Source of the DNA: an uncultured Porphyromonadaceae bacterium
GTDB taxonomy: Bacteria > Bacteroidota > Bacteroidia > Bacteroidales > UBA12481
Assembly (NCBI GenBank): GCA_964351455.1
Contig: CAYGOU010000001.1
Coordinates: forward strand, 18,130-61,848
Direction of reading: 5' to 3'
DNA: 43,719 bases
The position numbers and the translations under genes are program-made. Positions 27,456 through 36,744 of this stretch are shown here, piece by piece (the stretch's first letter is position 1; each line of letters opens with the position of its first letter). The notes under the pieces are model-generated. The model did not search any database, was not told the origin of the DNA, and worked only from the letters and a program-made list of their open reading frames with translations.

Positions 27456-30269
27456 ATGCACTTAACAAAATTGATGATCGGTCTGACTCTGGCTGTCGTG
27501 ATGATTCATGGATCAGCTCTGTCACAGGTTTCGAAACCAGCATTGGATTATTCAGTCTTTGATAATTGGAAGAGCTTGGGCAGTCAGCAGGTAGATCCTG
27601 CCGGTGAATGGCTCTCTTATGAAATCAACCCCTCAGTCGGAGATGGAACGCTTTATTTTCAGAGCTGGGATGGAAGCTGGCTGCGCCAGTTCAGCAGGGG
27701 GGCCCAGGCGAGGTTCGGAGGCAAGGCTGACTTTCTTGCTTTCAGGATCAAGGTGCAGGCCGATACCCTGAGAAAGGCCAAGCTGGATAAGGTAAAAGCC
27801 GATGATATGCCTAAAGACAGTCTGGGCCTTTATATCACAAGTGGCGAATTGCTGAAGAAGTATCCACGATTGAGGAGTTTTGAAGTGGCTCCTGAAGGAG
27901 CTGGCTGGCTTGCATTCCAGATAGAAGAGGCACCAAGGGCGAAAAACGATACTACCCCTGCACCGAAGAGCAAAAAAAAGAAGGAGTACAAGGGAGTTGA
28001 TCTTCATTTAATCAACCCCCTGAATGGTGATTCCATTGCACTGGGGGATGTTGCAGAATTCGGATTTACAAAAAAGGGAAACCGCCTCTTTGCCGTCAGC
28101 ATCGAGGAAGATTCGCTGATTACCTCAAGCCTCAGTCTTTTTGATACCCGTAAGGGAGAGTGGGACCTGAAATGCAGCTATGAGGGCCTGATAAAAAAGG
28201 TGGTGGCCGACGAAGAGGGAAATCAGTTTGCCTTTCTCTTCTCAGCCGATACTACCAAAGAAAAGGTTTACGAACTCTACCTTGCAAAGGCTGACGCAAA
28301 GGCACCTCAAATGGTTGTTGGCGCCATCACAGAGGGTCTTCCTGAGAACTGGTGTGTATCAGAACATGGCAGAATCAATTTTTCGAAGAGCGGCGACCGG
28401 TTGTTCATGGGACTGGCCCCAAAGCCTGAGCAGGTCACTGCGGGAAAGGATTCACTGCTTGATGAAGAAAAAGTTTTCCTTGACATCTGGCACTGGGAAG
28501 AGGTGACTCTGCAATCGATGCAGCTGAAGCAGGCCTCAAGAGAGAGGAACAAAAGTTATCCGGCGGTTCTGCACCTGAAAAAACAAAAACTCATCAGATT
28601 GGGTGATCCTGATTTTGTTGAAAGCTATACTCCATCCGTGAATGGTGACGGGCAATATGCCCTTGGATTGTATGATAAGCCCTATGCCCTCAACAATGCA
28701 ATCACCTTTTCAAGTCATAAGGATGTCTATCTCCTTGATATGCTGAACGGATCCAGCAGCCAACTTTTTGCCGGGATATCATTCACGCCAAGATGGTCTT
28801 CCTCAGGGAGGTTTCTTTTCTGGTGGGAGCCAGCTGACAGTTCCTGGTACACGCATGAAGTGAAAAGCGGAAAAACCCATAACGTTACGAAAGCCTGCGA
28901 TGGCAGCTTTGCGGTTGACACAGATGACCGGCCTGATGATCCGGGTAGTTATGGTGTAATGGGCTGGGCCGCTGATGATGCCTCGCTTTTTGTATATGAT
29001 AAGTATGACATCTGGAATGTTGACCCAAGCGGCAAGAGAGCTCCAATCTGCATCACCGGAGGTAAGGGCAAGGATCAGAACCTGCAGTTCCGCTATGTTC
29101 GTCTGGATCAGGAGGAGGAATATATTAATCCTGAAAAGGAGGGACTGTTTTCCGTTTTCAATACCAGAAACAAGCAATCGGGTTTCTGCCGGATCACTCC
29201 CGACGAAGCCAAGGTTGACAAACTCCTTATGGAAGATTGCCGCTTTGGTTCTCCGGTGAAGGCCAGGGAGACGGATAAGCTTATCTTCACTCGCTCAACG
29301 GTTTCTGAATATCCCGATATGTGGACCGCCAAAGTTGATTTCAGTGAGGCAAAAAAGATGACCAGGGCCAATCCTCAACAGGATGCCTACAACTGGTTGA
29401 CCGTAGAATTGGTTGAATGGATGGATTTTAACGGTGAGATGCATCAGGGACTGCTATATAAGCCAGAGGATTTTGATCCTGCAAAGAAGTATCCGATGAT
29501 GGTCTATTTTTATGAGCGCCATTCAGATGGACTGCACAGCCACATGACTCCAAGGGCCAGTTCGAGTACCATCAACACCCCCTATTTTTGCAGCAACGGA
29601 TATCTGGTTTTTCATCCAGATATTCACTATAAGGTGGGTTTCCCGGGGAAGTCGTCATACGATGCCATTGTCAGCGGAGTGATGCATCTCGGTCACCGGT
29701 CCTATGTTGACATGAAGCGGCTCGGACTGCAGGGACAAAGCTGGGGTGGGTACGAAACGGCCTGGCTTATAACCCAGACTGATCTTTTTGCAGCCGCTTC
29801 ACCCGGAGCTCCGGTGGTAAACATGACTTCGGCTTACGGAGGGATCAGAACCGAAAGCGGAATGTGCAGGCAGGTTCAATACGAAAAGGGACAGAGTCGA
29901 ATTGGTGGAAGCTTATGGGAATTGCCAGAACTCTATTTTGAGAACAGTCCGCTTTTCTATGCTGATCGCATCAACACACCATGCCTGATCCGACACAACG
30001 ATAACGACGGAGCGGTTCCGTTTGCCCAGGGTGTCGAGTTTTTTGTCGCGCTTCGGAGACTTGGAAAACCAGCTTGGCTGCTCAATTATAACAACGACGG
30101 TCATAATTTAACTACCAAATTATCAAACCGCAAAGACCTCAGTGTCAGGATGCAACAATTCTTCGACCACTATCTCAAAGATGCCCCCGCTCCAGATTGG
30201 ATGACTCAGGGTGTTAAGGCCGTTGATAAGAAGTCTTCTGAGACCTACTACCTGCAGTTTAAGAAATAA
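27456..30269 (+). CDS. S9-family (prolyl oligopeptidase/DPP-like) serine peptidase
   Basis: About 937 aa. Signal peptide, a long beta-propeller-like N-terminal part and a C-terminal alpha/beta hydrolase with GQSWGGY (Ser), NDNDGAVP (Asp) and NNDGHNL (His). The track start at 27450 is a TTG, so ATG 27456 is preferred. Confidence 0.88.
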   Translation: MHLTKLMIGLTLAVVMIHGSALSQVSKPALDYSVFDNWKSLGSQQVDPAGEWLSYEINPSVGDGTLYFQSWDGSWLRQFSRGAQARFGGKADFLAFRIKVQADTLRKAKLDKVKADDMPKDSLGLYITSGELLKKYPRLRSFEVAPEGAGWLAFQIEEAPRAKNDTTPAPKSKKKKEYKGVDLHLINPLNGDSIALGDVAEFGFTKKGNRLFAVSIEEDSLITSSLSLFDTRKGEWDLKCSYEGLIKKVVADEEGNQFAFLFSADTTKEKVYELYLAKADAKAPQMVVGAITEGLPENWCVSEHGRINFSKSGDRLFMGLAPKPEQVTAGKDSLLDEEKVFLDIWHWEEVTLQSMQLKQASRERNKSYPAVLHLKKQKLIRLGDPDFVESYTPSVNGDGQYALGLYDKPYALNNAITFSSHKDVYLLDMLNGSSSQLFAGISFTPRWSSSGRFLFWWEPADSSWYTHEVKSGKTHNVTKACDGSFAVDTDDRPDDPGSYGVMGWAADDASLFVYDKYDIWNVDPSGKRAPICITGGKGKDQNLQFRYVRLDQEEEYINPEKEGLFSVFNTRNKQSGFCRITPDEAKVDKLLMEDCRFGSPVKARETDKLIFTRSTVSEYPDMWTAKVDFSEAKKMTRANPQQDAYNWLTVELVEWMDFNGEMHQGLLYKPEDFDPAKKYPMMVYFYERHSDGLHSHMTPRASSSTINTPYFCSNGYLVFHPDIHYKVGFPGKSSYDAIVSGVMHLGHRSYVDMKRLGLQGQSWGGYETAWLITQTDLFAAASPGAPVVNMTSAYGGIRTESGMCRQVQYEKGQSRIGGSLWELPELYFENSPLFYADRINTPCLIRHNDNDGAVPFAQGVEFFVALRRLGKPAWLLNYNNDGHNLTTKLSNRKDLSVRMQQFFDHYLKDAPAPDWMTQGVKAVDKKSSETYYLQFKK

Positions 30270-30271
30270 CC

Positions 30272-31006
30272 GTGTGTGTCTTTCTTACCTTAAGGGCGGA
30301 CAGGGCTGGTATTGAGAAAAGGTTTGACGCCAGCCTGGTTGAGCCGGAAGATTTCGGTCCTGTTTATGCTGTTTCGGCTTTTGAATATCCCCCCTGGCCG
30401 GTGATCACCGCTGACAAGCCGCAATTGATTCAGCGCTTTCACTGGGGATTGATTCCATCCTGGGTCAGGGATACTCAGGATGCAGTCAGGATTAAAAAAA
30501 GCACCATCAATGCCAGGGCTGAGACCCTTCTCGAGAAGCCATCCTTCAGGCAGGCTGCCAGAAGCCGGCATTGTTTGGTTCTGGCGGATGGGTTTTTTGA
30601 GCATCACGAGAGCCAGGGTAAGAAGTATCCGCATTTCATCCAGCTCAAAAATGGGGAGCCCTTTGCCATTGCAGGTATTTGGGAGCAATGGACCGATCGT
30701 GAAACCGGTGAGATGATTTCGACCTTCAGTGTAATTACCACCGAGGCCAACCCGTTGCTGGAGAGGATCCACAACACCAGGAAGAAAATGCCGGTAATCC
30801 TGCCGGTTCAAAAGGAGCATGAGTGGCTCGCAGACGGAGGAGAGAATTTGAAGCAGCTGTTACGCCCCTATCCGGAGGAGAGCATGGAATCCTGGACGGT
30901 GTCAAAAATGATATCTGCAAGAGGAGGAGAAAGAGATCAGCCTGAAGTGACGGAGCCCTTCTTTTATCCGGAGTTGGACGGAACAAAAAGGCTCTTTGAG
31001 TTGTAA
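30272..31006 (+). CDS. SOS response-associated peptidase (SRAP/YedK-like abasic-site processing protein)
   Basis: GTG start followed directly by Cys (the catalytic Cys2). Motifs HWGLIPSW, NARAET, CLVLADGFFEH and KKMPVIL. Confidence 0.88.
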   Translation: MCVFLTLRADRAGIEKRFDASLVEPEDFGPVYAVSAFEYPPWPVITADKPQLIQRFHWGLIPSWVRDTQDAVRIKKSTINARAETLLEKPSFRQAARSRHCLVLADGFFEHHESQGKKYPHFIQLKNGEPFAIAGIWEQWTDRETGEMISTFSVITTEANPLLERIHNTRKKMPVILPVQKEHEWLADGGENLKQLLRPYPEESMESWTVSKMISARGGERDQPEVTEPFFYPELDGTKRLFEL

Positions 31007-31014
31007 GGGTAGCA

Positions 31015-31446
31015 ATGCCTGACAGATTGGTTGTTTTCGACGGGTACTGCCTGCTATGCAATAGGGCGGTAAGGTTTATCCTGCGTTTTGATCGCAGGGC
31101 AAGATTCAGTTTTGCTGCCTTTCAAAATCTGAGGGTTAAACTGCCTGATGATTGTGCCGGGCGCTGGGATCCCTCCTCAACCATCCTGTTGATTGAGCAT
31201 GGATCATGTTACTTCAGGGCTGAAGCGGTCATACGGATTTTAAGGGAATTATATGGTTTCAGCCTGCTTGCCCGCCTCCTCCGGCTTATGCCCTTAGCCT
31301 TGACCAATGGGATTTACAGTTTGGTTTCGAAGAACCGTCAGCGCTGGTTCGGGACCACGGATCGGTGCATGGTGCCTGAACCCCGGTTTTCAAAAAGGTT
31401 CTTTCATGTGGAGGGTGGGGGCGATGGGAAAGGGCAGGGGGGTTGA
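31015..31446 (+). CDS. DCC1-like thiol-disulfide oxidoreductase family protein (DUF393)
   Basis: 143 aa with the N-terminal motif VVFDGYCLLCNRAVRFILRFDRR. Confidence 0.8.
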   Translation: MPDRLVVFDGYCLLCNRAVRFILRFDRRARFSFAAFQNLRVKLPDDCAGRWDPSSTILLIEHGSCYFRAEAVIRILRELYGFSLLARLLRLMPLALTNGIYSLVSKNRQRWFGTTDRCMVPEPRFSKRFFHVEGGGDGKGQGG

Positions 31447-31448
31447 GA

Positions 31449-31994
31449 TCAGACCTCTATTCTTCCTTCTTCGTAATCCCTGTATTTGTCAGAGAGCAAG
31501 GCTACCAGATCGCGAATCGATTCAATCGCCTCAAGGGTGTCGTGACTGACGGTTTTCTTTTTCATCCGCATAAGCAGCAGACCGTACAATACCGTTAATG
31601 CGACTTCGATGTCACCAATCTTTTCCCTGACCGGCATTTTCTTTCTGAAGTCGCTGATGTTGTAAACTGCATCCCAGTACTTTTTTTGGTAATCGGCATG
31701 ATGTGGACTGTCGATCAGCCTGAAGTGAAAGTCATTGAGCTCCTCGACCAGGGCATCAAGGTACTGTAAATGACCTGATTTGATGATGTTTTCTTCTTTC
31801 ATCGACTGGATAAGTCCTGCATACCAATCAAATATTTCAAGCTTCAGGTCGGGATTTGCTTCATACTGGCTCACCAGCTTCTGGGAAACTTTCTCCAGGT
31901 CAAAATCCATTGCTCTTAATAAATCCTCTATTTGCCAGAGATAGAGGATGTATTCTGCAATGTTGGAGGCTCTTTTTTCGCGTGCAATGATCAT
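31449..31994 (-). CDS. hypothetical helical protein (DUF4924-like, from memory)
   Basis: 181 aa, all-helical in appearance (NIAEYILYLWQIEDLLRA...). Its ATG overlaps the stop of the S4-domain gene (ATGA at 31991-31994). Confidence 0.6.
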   Translation of the reverse strand: MIIAREKRASNIAEYILYLWQIEDLLRAMDFDLEKVSQKLVSQYEANPDLKLEIFDWYAGLIQSMKEENIIKSGHLQYLDALVEELNDFHFRLIDSPHHADYQKKYWDAVYNISDFRKKMPVREKIGDIEVALTVLYGLLLMRMKKKTVSHDTLEAIESIRDLVALLSDKYRDYEEGRIEV

Positions 31995-32371
31995 GGTGTC
32001 GGGTCAAGTTTATCCAGGACTCGTCTCTCCTTTTTGGTGGGTCTGCCGGTACCCCTGTCACGAAGATAAAAGGCAGATTCCTGCATAGTTTTGATTTTAT
32101 CCAGTTCCTCTTTTGGGGTAAGGTTTTCTACAAAGGAAGCTGCTTCGGCAGCTGAGACCCGTTTCTCGATAAGTCCCGTAACCCGGTAGGTAAAGGTGTA
32201 TGGTGATTTACGCACCTGAACAAGGTCTCCGGGTTTGAGCAATCTGGATGGTTTCACCGGTTCTCCTTCGATGGTTACCTTACCTCCCCGGCAGTATTCG
32301 GCAGCAAGGTTTCTGGTTTTACAGATTCTGACTGCCCACAGCCATTTGTCAGCCCTGACGCCGTTTTTCAT
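31991..32371 (-). CDS. S4-domain RNA-binding protein, Hsp15/RqcP-like
   Basis: 126 aa. ADKWLWAVRICKTRNLAAEYCRGGKVTIEGEPVKPSRLLKPGD is a classic S4 motif. ATGA overlap with the response-regulator stop at 32368-32371. Confidence 0.85.
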   Translation of the reverse strand: MKNGVRADKWLWAVRICKTRNLAAEYCRGGKVTIEGEPVKPSRLLKPGDLVQVRKSPYTFTYRVTGLIEKRVSAAEAASFVENLTPKEELDKIKTMQESAFYLRDRGTGRPTKKERRVLDKLDPTP

Positions 32372-33069
32372 TTTTCGCTTACATCCAGCTGAAAACCTGA
32401 TCCATGAACATTGGTAATGGTCACCCTTGGATCTGCCTTGAGATAACCCCTGAGCTTGGCGATGTATACATCCATGCTGCGGCCCATAAAATAATCGTCT
32501 GAGCCCCAGATGCTGATCAGGGCTTCCTCTCTTCTGACAAGCTGGTTAATCTTCCGGCACAGGAGTCTTAGGACCATGGCCTCCTTTTTGGTCAGTCGTT
32601 TTTCCTCCTCACCGATTCTAAGGATCTGGTTGGGGAAGTCAAAAACCAGAGAACCAATATCATAAATTTCAAATTTGCTGGCATCTTCGATCTTGCCAAC
32701 CCGGCGCAGGATGATCTCAATTCTGAGTTTCAGCTCTTCGGTGCTGAAGGGCTTGGTAATGTAGTCATCGGCACCCATTCTCAGTCCCTTAAGCCGATCC
32801 TCCTCCATCGTGCGTGCGGTCAGGAAAATGAAGGGAACATCAGGCCGGATGCTTTTGATGTCAGCTGCAAGGCTAAAGCCATCCATAAAGGGCATCATCA
32901 CATCAAGTATGCAAAGGTCGAATGACTTAATCTTGAAGGCCTGCAGTCCGTCTCTTCCATTCTTTTCAAGCTGAACATTGAATCCCTCCATTTCAAGAAA
33001 GTCTTGAAGAATGAATCCAAGATTCTGGTCATCTTCAACGAGAAGAATTTCTGCCTTAAGCTTTGCCAT
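32368..33069 (-). CDS. OmpR-family response regulator
   Basis: 233 aa. Receiver domain (LLVEDD...DLCILDVMMPFMDG...KP) and a winged-helix C-terminal domain (LTKKEAMVLRLL...RSMDVYIAKLR). Confidence 0.93.
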   Translation of the reverse strand: MAKLKAEILLVEDDQNLGFILQDFLEMEGFNVQLEKNGRDGLQAFKIKSFDLCILDVMMPFMDGFSLAADIKSIRPDVPFIFLTARTMEEDRLKGLRMGADDYITKPFSTEELKLRIEIILRRVGKIEDASKFEIYDIGSLVFDFPNQILRIGEEEKRLTKKEAMVLRLLCRKINQLVRREEALISIWGSDDYFMGRSMDVYIAKLRGYLKADPRVTITNVHGSGFQLDVSEK

Positions 33070-34342
33070 GGTTTGATTGAGCTAAGGTAATAACAAAACG
33101 GGTTCCTTCTCCAGCTGAACTGATAACCCGGATGGTGCCTCCGTGTTCTTCGATCATTGTTTTAACGTAATAAAGGCCGAGTCCAAATCCCTTTACGTTG
33201 TGGACATCGCCTGTCGGTACCCGGTAAAACTTGTCGAAAATGCGTTTTTGGGCATCCTGGCTGATTCCTATGCCATTGTCCTGGAACTCAATAACAAATT
33301 TCTGATTGAAATTTTGGGTCGAAATGCGGATTTCAGGTTGGTGGGTGCAGTATTTCTGAGCATTGTCAAGCAGGTTGGAGATGATGTTTGAAAAATGCAC
33401 GGGATCGGCCATCACGATCGGATTTTGAGCTTTCAGGTCAAAATCAACCCGGGTTCCGTGGAGACATTCGGTAAGGCATACATGCTCAACCGACTCCTTC
33501 AGTAATTCATGCATGTCGGTCTCCTCAAGCCTGATAGAAAGATCATCGTGGTTTTTCTGAGCGAATTTCAGCACCCGGTCAACCTGACCGCGCATCCTCC
33601 GGTTTTCCTCCCGGATGATGGATAAATACTTGCGGGTTCTGGCATCATTGTTCTCGAGGTCGTGGCGGTCAAGGATCTCACAAGCCAGCGATATGTTGGA
33701 GATTGGGGTTCTGAATTCATGGGTCATGTTGTTGATAAAATCATTTCTGATCTCCGAAATCTTCTTTTGTCTCAGAATACCTGTTAAAATAAAAGCAAAA
33801 CAGAGGACCACGGTAAGCAGGAAGATGATGGAGGCTGCCAGCCAGAGAAGCAGGTCAAGCAGTATCAGTTGATTTGTTCTGGGGAATGTGATTTCGAGGT
33901 GATGGCTTTCGTTGTGGTGGAGGCAAGAAAGGCTGATCCGGTGAATGCTTGGAGGGTGTTTTGTTTCATGAACCATTGCCTGGTCAAAAACCACCTCCCC
34001 CGTAGCACATTTAACCACCCGGAGGTTAAAGAGGGTATCAATTCCGTGATAGTTGAAGTGCACCTTTAAAAGAGAATCCAACTCAGGCGGGTCAAGGTTG
34101 ATGAAGAGGGAGTCGGGATTGCTGCTGACAGTCAGACAGCCGCAATAGACATCGTTAACCCCTCCTCTTTTACGCTGAACGTATTCATCCAAAGAGCTCT
34201 GCAAGGCTATTGACACACGGTTGTCAAACTGCTCCTCGCCAAGCTTAACTGCATTACGAATCCAGAAAAGCTGGGTGATGATCAGTCCTGCCAGGGAGAT
34301 GGCGGAAAAGATAATAATCAAGCGGATTTGACGCTGCTTCAT
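33056..34342 (-). CDS. sensor histidine kinase
   Basis: Two TM segments flank a Cys-containing periplasmic region of about 130 aa. H-box HEFRTPISNI, N/G boxes (NLLDNAQKY, QDNGIGI, GFGLGLY). ATG 34342 is preferred because the track TTG at 34363 falls inside the -7 box. Confidence 0.9.
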   Translation of the reverse strand: MKQRQIRLIIIFSAISLAGLIITQLFWIRNAVKLGEEQFDNRVSIALQSSLDEYVQRKRGGVNDVYCGCLTVSSNPDSLFINLDPPELDSLLKVHFNYHGIDTLFNLRVVKCATGEVVFDQAMVHETKHPPSIHRISLSCLHHNESHHLEITFPRTNQLILLDLLLWLAASIIFLLTVVLCFAFILTGILRQKKISEIRNDFINNMTHEFRTPISNISLACEILDRHDLENNDARTRKYLSIIREENRRMRGQVDRVLKFAQKNHDDLSIRLEETDMHELLKESVEHVCLTECLHGTRVDFDLKAQNPIVMADPVHFSNIISNLLDNAQKYCTHQPEIRISTQNFNQKFVIEFQDNGIGISQDAQKRIFDKFYRVPTGDVHNVKGFGLGLYYVKTMIEEHGGTIRVISSAGEGTRFVITLAQSNHGKA

Positions 34343-34360
34343 AAAATTTTGCCTTTGAAA

Positions 34361-34368
34361 CAAAGATA
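34361..34368 (-). promoter_or_regulatory. -7 box for the two-component operon
   Basis: The minus strand reads TATCTTTG, an exact match, 18 nt upstream of ATG 34342 and 38 nt downstream of the pth stop. Confidence 0.5.
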
Positions 34369-34406
34369 AGGGATGACCAGGCTAGAATCTATTGGTTAAC
34401 AATAAA

Positions 34407-34976
34407 TTAACACCCCCCACTGTTATAGCTGTTCATGGTTAGGTCTGCTCCGGTCAATGCGAAGCTGATGATCATGTCCCCGGCTTTTTTAATGCAAGGG
34501 GCAATTGATTTCATTTCCTCTTCTGTGAAGTGGCTTAAAACATAGCCGGCTGTGTCTGTGACCCAATCGGGTTTTCCAATGCCAAATCTGAGTCTCGCAA
34601 AATCCTGAGAACCAATTAATTCAATGATGTTGGATAATCCATTGTGACCGCCGTCACCTCCCTTTTTTCTGAGCCTTAGCTGAGCGTGGGGTAGTGCCAT
34701 ATCGTCGGTTACCACCAGAAGGTGGTCGGGTTCAATCTCCTCTTTTTGCATCCAGTATCTGACTGCCATACCGCTCCGGTTCATAAAGGTTGAAGGTTTC
34801 AGCAGGAGCAGTGTTCTTCCCTTGACCGTGAAGGTGCAGATATCGCCATATCTCGATGATTTAAAAACGACATTGGACGCTCCCGCGAGAGCGTCCAATA
34901 TCAAAAATCCTATGTTATGGCGGGTTTGGGTGTATTCGGGACCGATATTACCCAGTCCTGCGATCAGATACTTCAC
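34407..34976 (-). CDS. pth: peptidyl-tRNA hydrolase
   Basis: 189 aa with a GTG start. KYLIAGLGNIGPEYTQTRHNIGF and GGHNGLSNI motifs. Confidence 0.95.
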   Translation of the reverse strand: MKYLIAGLGNIGPEYTQTRHNIGFLILDALAGASNVVFKSSRYGDICTFTVKGRTLLLLKPSTFMNRSGMAVRYWMQKEEIEPDHLLVVTDDMALPHAQLRLRKKGGDGGHNGLSNIIELIGSQDFARLRFGIGKPDWVTDTAGYVLSHFTEEEMKSIAPCIKKAGDMIISFALTGADLTMNSYNSGGC

Positions 34977-35002
34977 GGTTCATGAAGATTGGGGATCTTA
35001 AT

Positions 35003-35632
35003 CTACTTCTCTCCTCCGGTTTCTTCGGATGACCCTTCAGCCTCTGATTCAGCCTCGATGGGGATTTCCACAGCGGCGGCACCTTTGGCAGCACGGGTCA
35101 GCTTAACTGAAACAACCACGGCATTGCGGGGATCGAGCATCTGAAGTCCTTCGAATGAAAGGTCTCTAACATTGATAGTCTGTCCGAGTCCAAGATTGGT
35201 CACATCAATACCCAGGTTGTCAGGCAGATCTTTGACCAAGCCTTTCACATGAACCCGACGCATCTCAGCTTTCAGTTTACCGCCCTGCTGAACTCCTCTT
35301 GCGAATCCATGCAATTGCACAGGAATGCGGATATTGACCTGTTTGTCTTTGTGAATTTCGAGAAAGTCAACATGAAGAATTTTATCTGAAACAGGGTGGA
35401 ATTGCATGTCCTTAATGACGGCCAGATGCTTCTTGCCATCAATGTTCAGATCAACCAGATAAACGTTGGGTGTGTAAACCAAAAAACCGAGTTCTTTCAG
35501 ATCGGTGGTGAAATGGACGACCTGGTTTTGTCCATAAAGTACAGCGGGAACCTTGTCACTGCGTCTGGCCTGTTTGCTTGACTTCTTCCCGACATCCTGG
35601 CGGATTTCGCCTTTGAGTTCGATTGTTTTCAT
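35003..35632 (-). CDS. rplY: 50S ribosomal protein L25 / general stress protein Ctc
   Basis: 209 aa. L25/Ctc two-domain sequence (PAVLYG...VDFLEI...) with an acidic C-terminal tail. Lies upstream of pth, as is typical. Confidence 0.93.
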   Translation of the reverse strand: MKTIELKGEIRQDVGKKSSKQARRSDKVPAVLYGQNQVVHFTTDLKELGFLVYTPNVYLVDLNIDGKKHLAVIKDMQFHPVSDKILHVDFLEIHKDKQVNIRIPVQLHGFARGVQQGGKLKAEMRRVHVKGLVKDLPDNLGIDVTNLGLGQTINVRDLSFEGLQMLDPRNAVVVSVKLTRAAKGAAAVEIPIEAESEAEGSSEETGGEK

Positions 35633-35741
35633 AATGATTGTGCTACTCAGAATCTTGGCCTACCTGCCGGATGATGAGCCTCGACTCCCCATTACACTAA
35701 TTTAACTTGGTAACCGGCAAAATTGGGTGCAAAGATAATGA

Positions 35742-36680
35742 TTAAAACAAAAAAGTGCCGCTGATCGATTGATTATTATACACTTTTTCAATGACGCTGG
35801 CAAAGAGGCCAGCTACTGAGATTACTTTGATTTTGGGACTTTGCACCCTTAGGGGAATTGAGTCGGTCACAATAACCTCTTCAAGCGCACATTCTTCGAT
35901 TCTTTGGAGGGCAGGTCCGGAGAGGATGGCATGTGTTGCGACACAGCGAACCGACCTGGCCCCTTCCTTTTTAATCAGGTTGGCTGCTGTTGAGATGGTT
36001 CCGGCGGTATCGATCATATCATCCACCAGAATGACATTTTTGTCTCTGACATCACCGATGATGGTCATTTCTCCTACAACATTGGCGCCCTTGCGGGTTT
36101 TGTGGCAGATGACCATGGGGGTATCGAGGTATTTTGAGTAGGAATTGGCCCGTTTTGTACCCCCTGTATCGGGAGATGCAATGACAATATCATCCAACCC
36201 CAGGTTTTTCACATAGTCGATAAATACAGTGGAGGCATACAGGTGGTCAACCGGAACGTCAAAGAACCCCTGTATCTGATCGGCATGCAGATCCATGGTG
36301 ATAATGCGGCTCACCCCGGCGGCTGAAAGCAGATTTGAAACCAGCTTGGCTGCTATGGAGACCCGTGGACGGTCTTTTCGGTCTTGCCGGGCATAACCAA
36401 AGTAGGGAATGACGGCCACCACCTTGTAGGCTGAAGCACGGCAGGCTGCATCAATCAGCAGCAGCAATTCGAGAAGGTTTTCGGCAGGTGCACAGGTTGA
36501 CTGAACGATGAAAACAAAATCACCCCTGACCGTCTCTTCATAACAGGGCTGGAATTCACCATCTGAGAATTTCTGAACGGAAACCTTGCCCAGTTCCATG
36601 CCACAGCTTTCAGTTATTCTCTCTGCAAGGTAACGTGACGTACTGCCTGAAAAGATCTTGATCGGACTGTTATGGTACAT
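35742..36680 (-). CDS. prs: ribose-phosphate pyrophosphokinase
   Basis: 312 aa. YFGYARQDRK, the PRPP-binding loop VILVDDMIDTAGT and DLHADQIQGFF. Confidence 0.96.
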   Translation of the reverse strand: MYHNSPIKIFSGSTSRYLAERITESCGMELGKVSVQKFSDGEFQPCYEETVRGDFVFIVQSTCAPAENLLELLLLIDAACRASAYKVVAVIPYFGYARQDRKDRPRVSIAAKLVSNLLSAAGVSRIITMDLHADQIQGFFDVPVDHLYASTVFIDYVKNLGLDDIVIASPDTGGTKRANSYSKYLDTPMVICHKTRKGANVVGEMTIIGDVRDKNVILVDDMIDTAGTISTAANLIKKEGARSVRCVATHAILSGPALQRIEECALEEVIVTDSIPLRVQSPKIKVISVAGLFASVIEKVYNNQSISGTFLF

Positions 36681-36716
36681 GTGGGAGAGGGCTTTGAAGG
36701 GTTAGTTGTACGTTCG

Positions 36717-36724
36717 CAAAAGTA
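36717..36724 (-). promoter_or_regulatory. -7 box for prs
   Basis: The minus strand reads TACTTTTG, an exact match, 36 nt upstream of the prs ATG. Confidence 0.5.
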
Positions 36725-36744
36725 ACAAAAAGCGAGGCGAAACA

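Noticed and set aside
30290-30820. 176-aa ORF antisense to the SRAP gene
   Set aside because: A shadow ORF. The SRAP motifs on the plus strand explain the open frame.
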